Positions 57,958-64,000 of a stretch of 64,000 bases of DNA are shown here, one piece after another. The DNA lies in the IMG/VR virus record IMGVR_UViG_3300028377_000002; one strand, written 5' to 3'. The DNA is from an uncultured virus (IMG/VR IMGVR_UViG_3300028377_000002). Its lineage: Duplodnaviria; Heunggongvirae; Uroviricota; Caudoviricetes. The translations under genes and the position numbers were made by a program. The notes under the pieces were generated by a model. It made no database searches. It saw nothing but the letters and a program-made list of their open reading frames with translations, and was not told the origin of the DNA. The first letter of the stretch is position 1, and every line of letters starts with the position of its first letter.

Positions 57958-58691
57958 TGGAGATTATTAAAAGAAAATTTTTATTAAATAAGAAAAAAGG
58001 TAAAGAGAGTGAAGAAGAATCATTTTTTACGGTGAAAATACCTTTACATCAAACAATTAATAACTTAGGTTTAACGACCGACATGGAACCATTTTTCTTG
58101 GGTTTACCTTCTGAGTTTATAGATAAAGGCGTCATAAGTGATTATTATAAACAAGGTGGTACTGTAACTTATGGTTCAGATTCCAAATTAGAGGTTGTTA
58201 GGTCATATAATAATGATAATCCTTACATTGAAGGTTTTGATGTGAATAGAGAGACGTATCGAAATTACAAAAATGAGGTAATTGTTAATGCTGTTGATAG
58301 GGTAATAAATATAAATGGTAATGAAGTAAGGTACGTTGTTGATGCAAATAGAGATAGTAATATAGGTACAATCAACCAAGAAAATGGTTTTGTTTATAAT
58401 GACAACCCTGATGGTGGTGTAGCAGTACCTGCGGAATTAGAGAATGGCGAAACCACAACAAAAGTACAATATAAAAGTGAAGGATGGAACGAAACAAATT
58501 CTTCAATAGGTCCCCAAGTACAACAAGAACATTTACTAGGGATAATAAATAAACCAGAAGTTGAAAGTGATATATTTATAGATAGAACAACTTTTAGTGT
58601 TATGGATAAACATTTAAGACTTTCTGAAGTTAATAATTTAGAGGAATTGGTTAACTACGGTAATGGTTTCTATAATATTAACAGAGATTAA
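57954..58691 (+). CDS. Hypothetical virion protein
   Basis: Coupled ORF in the same operon. Confidence 0.55.
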   Translation: MMEIIKRKFLLNKKKGKESEEESFFTVKIPLHQTINNLGLTTDMEPFFLGLPSEFIDKGVISDYYKQGGTVTYGSDSKLEVVRSYNNDNPYIEGFDVNRETYRNYKNEVIVNAVDRVININGNEVRYVVDANRDSNIGTINQENGFVYNDNPDGGVAVPAELENGETTTKVQYKSEGWNETNSSIGPQVQQEHLLGIINKPEVESDIFIDRTTFSVMDKHLRLSEVNNLEELVNYGNGFYNINRD

Positions 58692-58704
58692 ATAAAAAAA
58701 AAAT

Positions 58705-59613
58705 ATGGCTAGAGGTAATTATGGTACGGTAAGACCAGCTGATGTTTCATTAGATGACGTGGAGGTTTTTTTACACTTCACACCTTCTAGAAATTCAGTG
58801 GGTGATACTACTTTAACAAAATTGAATACGAGAGAAGTTCTTTCGGAAATAAACAACCCCAATAACACAAATAGTATTGAGGTTTTTGGTGGGTTATATA
58901 CCTTAACACTACCTAGCACTACATTCTCTACAAAAGGTATTTACACAATAACAATTAAACCAATTGAAATTAGAACTAGGATATTAGATTGTGGTGTATT
59001 ATCTGCCAAATCAGATATTAAAGGTTTGGTTTTTGATACTGCGGCGTCAGATTTAAATCCAGCTTTTACCTCTAGATTTCAAAACGGTGGTTTAGTGGGT
59101 TATCGTGTAGAATATTTGGCACAAGGCAGTGGTAATAAAGTAAGAAATTTCTTTAGGGTTATAACTTCTAATAATAGAGTTGATGTTGTGAATCAAAATT
59201 TAACTAATACAAATCAAAAAGCAGTTAGATATAGTTTTAATGACAATTCAACTTTAGTGTTTTGTACGGTAACTCCGAGTTCATCATCAAATGTTAAACC
59301 TAACGTTTTACCTTTCATTGGTGAACCAAATCAAGAAGTGATAATAACAAACACATTTTTCAACCCTGTAACAGTCGAAATTGAAATGGTTGAGCATGAT
59401 TTAGAAACCATAGCTTACGGTCTTTACGGCGCACAAAGCAAATCATTAGAAGACGGTGTTTATACTCAATATAATTTTGATTATGAAATCTATAAACAAT
59501 ACAACTTATTCGAAATTAAAGATGAGTTTACAGGGCAACCATTATTTGAAGTAAAAGAACCAAGGGATAATATAGATTTTGATAAAAACTTTGATGAAGT
59601 AAGTAATACGTAG
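58705..59613 (+). CDS. Hypothetical virion protein
   Basis: 302-aa beta-rich ORF in the same operon. Confidence 0.55.
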   Translation: MARGNYGTVRPADVSLDDVEVFLHFTPSRNSVGDTTLTKLNTREVLSEINNPNNTNSIEVFGGLYTLTLPSTTFSTKGIYTITIKPIEIRTRILDCGVLSAKSDIKGLVFDTAASDLNPAFTSRFQNGGLVGYRVEYLAQGSGNKVRNFFRVITSNNRVDVVNQNLTNTNQKAVRYSFNDNSTLVFCTVTPSSSSNVKPNVLPFIGEPNQEVIITNTFFNPVTVEIEMVEHDLETIAYGLYGAQSKSLEDGVYTQYNFDYEIYKQYNLFEIKDEFTGQPLFEVKEPRDNIDFDKNFDEVSNT

Positions 59614-59618
59614 AATAA

Positions 59619-62558
59619 ATGAGTAAAATTAAAGTCGTTGGGTACGCAAAAAAAGAATTTTTTGGTAATGGTGTTGAATATAGAAATTTTTCACCTGACC
59701 TTGTAGGTAATCAACTTACCTCAAACGACGGTACTCCTAGTTTTACATTCGGTAACTTTAATATATCAACCAATCTAGATGATAGGGTGAGTAAAAGGTT
59801 TATAACCAATAGATACTCTAAATTTATATCATTAGAAACTCTAAACGTAGATGAAGCATTTGAGGATGTTGTGACCAAATACTCCAAAAATGTAAAACTA
59901 AATTTAGATTACGATGATGTATTAAGTTATGCTTTTTTTGGGTCCTTTAAAGAATTTGTTAGGGTTTCACTAGAGAACATAATTATCAAATGGCCAGCAT
60001 CGTTATATGTAAGCGAAACAGACCCTACCAACCCTAGTAATGTAGGTAATACCGTAACAACGTATAATTATGATAGTGTAAGTGACAAAGCGAATATTAC
60101 AATAGACGTAAGTAGGATAGAAAACCCTTTTAGTGTTAATTTTTTAAGTGGTGGTACTATTGAAAATACATTTAATGAAACTAACAAACTAAGAAATTTA
60201 CAAACAAATTTTAGTCATTATGTGATAAGTAATCAATATGGTGATTTTAAAGTTAATAGTTTTATAGGTGCATCTGGTTTAACCAATTCTGAGATAACTC
60301 TTGAAGTAGAAGGTGACCCATTCCCTAATTATGGGCTTGAAATAATAAATTACCATATAAAGCCTAACAAAACAAAAATAGAGGAGTTTTTCTATAATCT
60401 TAATGATTTTGAAAATAAATTACTTAACAGATTATCTACACCTATCTATACAAGTTCATTTAAGGTTAAAACAGAGTCTGAATTTGGTACGACGGTAGAA
60501 ACTATCAAAAAAATAACTTGGCCACTTAGAGACGGTTATAACATCGATTTTAATTCAACTGAATATAGTAGGTACGTAAACAAATTATTGGAGATATCAG
60601 AATTATCAGATTCTAGTAGGTCTAACTTAATGGTTAGGTTTTTAGTATCACCCTCTATATCTGAGTTTGACAGTGTACCAGACATAGATGGTAGTTATCC
60701 TGACACTAATGGTCAAAAGATGACTAGTGCGTTAAAAATATATGGTAGAGAGTTTGATGAAGTTAAAAAATACTCAGACGGAGTTAAATTCGCAAATGTA
60801 GTCACCTACGATAAGAAGAACAACACACCAGATATTGCCATTAAAAACTTAGCTAGAGTTTTAGGGTGGCAGTTAACGTCATCTATTACGGATATAGATG
60901 TGTTAGGTGATTTTTTATCATTAAATAACAATTATTACGATGGTTATTCTAGAGGATTAAGTGATGCTGAAGTTGAAGTTGAGCTTTGGAGAAGAATAAT
61001 CATGAATACACCTTGGTTATGGAAATCAAAAGGTACTAGAAAAGCAATTGAATTTTTATTTAGATTTATTGGAGTACCAAAAGGGTTAATTACATTTAAT
61101 GAATATTTGTACGTTGCTGAAGACAAAGTAAATGTCGAAACGGTTGAGGAAATCATGGAATTCTTCAATAATACTAGGGATATTAGTGGTTTAAATTTAG
61201 ATTCTGACGGTTACCCAAGAGTATTACCTAATACACCAGAAATGTATTTCCAAAAAGCTGGACTATGGTATAGACAAACTGGTGGCGCAAACCCAGATAT
61301 TGATATATTAGAAGGTAATAACCCACACATTGGACCTTACGATAGGGGTCAAGAATACATAAATCAATTCACTGAATGTTTAGTACCTAATTTTGAAGCT
61401 GGTAATGAGGAAGACCCAATTGAGGTGGAAGATGTCGAATTATTTACTAATTATAAAAACGGTACTTTTGACGAATGTTGTGATGAAAATGTATTTGTGG
61501 TAGTTCCACTAAATCAAAACTTTAATACTATATTAGAAACAAATCAAAATAAATATTTAAACAACTTCCCAGTATCAGAAGCTGGGTGTACTGGTACAAC
61601 AAATACTTGGACTTTAGAGGCTCAACTAAGGGGTGAAACTTTCTTTGAGAGTGTTATAGATACAACTACAGATGATAATGTGATAACAAATACTCAGTAT
61701 GCAAATAAGATATACGAATTAAGTGGTCAAACTGAGCTAAGTGGGGTAACATTTGAAACAAATAATGATGAGATAAGAATTTTAGCACCTGACGGTTGTG
61801 ATAGTGAACTATTAGATGATTTCTTTAAAATAGTCTTATATGTTTCTACTGATTATGATTGTGAAGACGAGAGTGTAATTCCACCAGAATCCACCTTAAC
61901 AGCATTCAATGTATCAAATATAGACAACCCTATTGATGCATGTGAAATACTATCACCACCACTATCACCAGACACTTTATATCATGACGGTGACGGACCT
62001 AGACCAGCATTAGGTGATACTGTTTACATTGATGAATTTGGTGTTAATATCTATGTTTCACCTGATAGTAGCAACGATAACCGTGACTTATACATGGGTC
62101 CTTCCATAAACAACACTAATAACTTTCTAAGAACTGATAGTAACGGTGAAAGAGTAGAAATAGAGTGTCAAGAAGAAGTGGAAGAATGTGTTGTTTTAGG
62201 TAGAACTTCAACATCAGATACACCAGGTTCTTTTTATATAGATGGGGTTACTGGTGCTAGAACTGCTAGGATAAAATATAGTATAAGTGATATAGTAACA
62301 GAAGGTGATTTCGGAATCCTTAAAGTAACTACTTCTGATAGTAGAGTATTCTTAAGTGAGAGGATAACAGAAGCTATAGTTGAGGTTAATATAACACCTT
62401 CTGATAACGAATTTGATTTCATCGATGAGGTGTCATTTGCTAGTTCTTATGATGGAATAAGATTCTCAATTTTCTTTGAGGTTCTAGAAATTGATGGTGG
62501 TGAATGTATAGATGGGCCAACTAGATTATCTAAATTTTTAATAAACGGGGTGATATAA
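59619..62558 (+). CDS. Baseplate wedge-like protein (gp7/P2 gpI-like motif) with C-terminal extension
   Basis: LARVLGW ... WLWKSKGTRKAIEFLFRFIG...EY motif. Confidence 0.55.
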   Translation: MSKIKVVGYAKKEFFGNGVEYRNFSPDLVGNQLTSNDGTPSFTFGNFNISTNLDDRVSKRFITNRYSKFISLETLNVDEAFEDVVTKYSKNVKLNLDYDDVLSYAFFGSFKEFVRVSLENIIIKWPASLYVSETDPTNPSNVGNTVTTYNYDSVSDKANITIDVSRIENPFSVNFLSGGTIENTFNETNKLRNLQTNFSHYVISNQYGDFKVNSFIGASGLTNSEITLEVEGDPFPNYGLEIINYHIKPNKTKIEEFFYNLNDFENKLLNRLSTPIYTSSFKVKTESEFGTTVETIKKITWPLRDGYNIDFNSTEYSRYVNKLLEISELSDSSRSNLMVRFLVSPSISEFDSVPDIDGSYPDTNGQKMTSALKIYGREFDEVKKYSDGVKFANVVTYDKKNNTPDIAIKNLARVLGWQLTSSITDIDVLGDFLSLNNNYYDGYSRGLSDAEVEVELWRRIIMNTPWLWKSKGTRKAIEFLFRFIGVPKGLITFNEYLYVAEDKVNVETVEEIMEFFNNTRDISGLNLDSDGYPRVLPNTPEMYFQKAGLWYRQTGGANPDIDILEGNNPHIGPYDRGQEYINQFTECLVPNFEAGNEEDPIEVEDVELFTNYKNGTFDECCDENVFVVVPLNQNFNTILETNQNKYLNNFPVSEAGCTGTTNTWTLEAQLRGETFFESVIDTTTDDNVITNTQYANKIYELSGQTELSGVTFETNNDEIRILAPDGCDSELLDDFFKIVLYVSTDYDCEDESVIPPESTLTAFNVSNIDNPIDACEILSPPLSPDTLYHDGDGPRPALGDTVYIDEFGVNIYVSPDSSNDNRDLYMGPSINNTNNFLRTDSNGERVEIECQEEVEECVVLGRTSTSDTPGSFYIDGVTGARTARIKYSISDIVTEGDFGILKVTTSDSRVFLSERITEAIVEVNITPSDNEFDFIDEVSFASSYDGIRFSIFFEVLEIDGGECIDGPTRLSKFLINGVI

Positions 62559-63490
62559 TGAGAATAACAGGTACAATAAATACAAGTGAAATATTAATTA
62601 ATGAGCGTTTTAAGATAACGTCATCAGATGGAGACACTAGACCAACATCTGGTGACATGGCCAGCGTTCCGTTTATTGATGTAATTGATAGTAATGGTGT
62701 TGATGTATCTGAATGTTTTGGTATTGAAACTAGAGTAACTGCCGTAGAAACAAGTAATATCCCACCAAGTGAAGGGTGTAATACTAGTTTAGAAATAGTA
62801 GTGAGTGAGGGTGTTAATAAACCAGTTGTTTGTGATTTTACTAATTTTATTAAAGAGCAAGACACTGGTTTGATTACGTTTTATTTTGACGATGGTTCAG
62901 CTTCTAAAAATACACACCCAGAGTGCTGTGAATCTTTAGGATTTACACCTGAGATAGGACCAGAAAAATATTTTGTTTGTAGGTGGAGAGGCGAAATCGA
63001 TGTGAATGATTGCGATAATTACACACCAACATCTAATAGAATAGATGACTATGTAGTATTTGATTTTGTGACAGGTAGTACTGTAACCACAGTACCTAGC
63101 GCACAATGTTGTTTTGATAATGGTTTCGTTGATGAAATGACTGACGATGGAATTAAGTGTATTGAAGAGGTTGAATATAACCCATGTGAAGGTTTAGAAG
63201 TTGTAGAACCTGCACAAGATTTTGGTGCGATTACATTCATCAACCCAGTTACTAAAGAAACAACAACTACTGTACCTACTGCGGAGTGTTGTAGTGTTAA
63301 TGGATTCAGTTCTGATGAGAGGTCAGATGGAACAATTATATGTTATAATTCACTACTGACAGTACTACCAACAGTTAGCATTACAAATGATTTATGTTGC
63401 GAGGTAGGACCACCTCCAACAGTATTAATAACAAATGATGCGTGTTGTCAATTAAGTGGAAGTATCTTTGATTCTGGCGACCAAGGTTAA
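62558..63490 (+). CDS. Cys-rich repeat virion protein
   Basis: Repeats xxCCxxxGF (ECCESLGF, QCCFDNGF, ECCSVNGF) and PTVxITNDxCC twice. Confidence 0.6.
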   Translation: MRITGTINTSEILINERFKITSSDGDTRPTSGDMASVPFIDVIDSNGVDVSECFGIETRVTAVETSNIPPSEGCNTSLEIVVSEGVNKPVVCDFTNFIKEQDTGLITFYFDDGSASKNTHPECCESLGFTPEIGPEKYFVCRWRGEIDVNDCDNYTPTSNRIDDYVVFDFVTGSTVTTVPSAQCCFDNGFVDEMTDDGIKCIEEVEYNPCEGLEVVEPAQDFGAITFINPVTKETTTTVPTAECCSVNGFSSDERSDGTIICYNSLLTVLPTVSITNDLCCEVGPPPTVLITNDACCQLSGSIFDSGDQG

Positions 63491-63541
63491 ATCTGAGCCC
63501 AGTGCAACCGTAATAATAATAATAGTAATAAAATAAATAAT

Positions 63542-64000
63542 ATGTGTAGAATTCCAATAAGATTATCAACAACAACACCAGATGGCACTACAATAACTAG
63601 TGCAAATGGTAGATATAGGGTACAAGGGAATAATACTTGGAATAACTTCTCAATAGATTTGAATGACCCAAAAACAGAGAATATAACAAGTGTTGGTCAA
63701 TATGACTTAGAGGTTAACGTAACTAATTCGGATGGTGCAACAAGTGCTTGGGCAACCTCAACTTTCACTGTAAGTGAAGATTGCGGTGGGGACCCAATTT
63801 GTACAGAATATAGAGTACAATGGCTAACATCAAGACCTGAAGGTGATTTTAGTCAAGAAGTAGAACCAGACCCAGGCTTTGGCGATGGTGTCGATGGCGG
63901 TACCGCTCCTATTGATGGTGGTAACACAAGAAGGTTTGATTTCATTGAGTGTAATTCAAGAAACCCTCTTGGGTCAGTAACATTTACCTTTGTTGGTGAA
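63542..64000 (+). CDS. Hypothetical Ig/Fn3-like virion protein, runs off window end
   Basis: ATG 63542, open to end: MCRIPIRLST...GRYRVQGNNTW...GQYDLEVNVTNSDG... Confidence 0.65.
   Translation, partial: MCRIPIRLSTTTPDGTTITSANGRYRVQGNNTWNNFSIDLNDPKTENITSVGQYDLEVNVTNSDGATSAWATSTFTVSEDCGGDPICTEYRVQWLTSRPEGDFSQEVEPDPGFGDGVDGGTAPIDGGNTRRFDFIECNSRNPLGSVTFTFVGE

Noticed and set aside
63491..63541. Readthrough or frameshift linking 62558..63490 to the last ORF
   Set aside because: In-frame TAA then TGA, no slippery site; the next gene has its own A-rich start.
6793..63578. Numerous short antisense ORFs inside long genes
   Set aside because: Ser/Leu/Ile-rich mirror frames expected from codon bias; fully nested in well-supported genes.
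1..64000. Stop-codon reassignment, tRNA or rRNA genes
   Set aside because: Genes are full length in code 11 and end in TAA, TAG and TGA; no cloverleaf or rRNA-like segment seen by eye (tRNAscan not run).

Overview
AT-rich 64-kb segment of a large contractile-tailed (T4-superfamily-like) bacteriophage. The host is probably Bacteroidota/Flavobacteria, inferred from TAnnTTTG promoters, SD-less A-rich starts, and SprB/BACON domains. Virion genes (two SHAEG-repeat fibres, sheath, tube, tail chaperone, tape measure, baseplate gp25/gp6/gp53-like, amidase) are interleaved with replication genes (intein-containing PolB, intein-containing SNF2 helicase, glutaredoxin, gp32-like SSB, RecA/UvsX, 5'-3' exonuclease, DnaB-like helicase, nrdB/nrdA). 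Mobile elements: two inteins (one Ala-starting class 3), a free-standing Hef-like endonuclease, two internally deleted IS200/IS605 tnpB mini-elements and a tnpA remnant. Signals not in the ORF track: (1) an ~80-nt three-hairpin RNA after the tail tube gene whose terminator loop/3' arm is complementary to the 5' leader of the ssb operon 18 kb away; (2) a probable +1/-2 programmed frameshift in the tail-assembly chaperone; (3) a TATTTAT late-promoter-like motif that also contains the IS target TTTAT; (4) near-identical cassettes shared by two distant fibre genes. All functional calls come from motif recognition by eye; no database searches were run.
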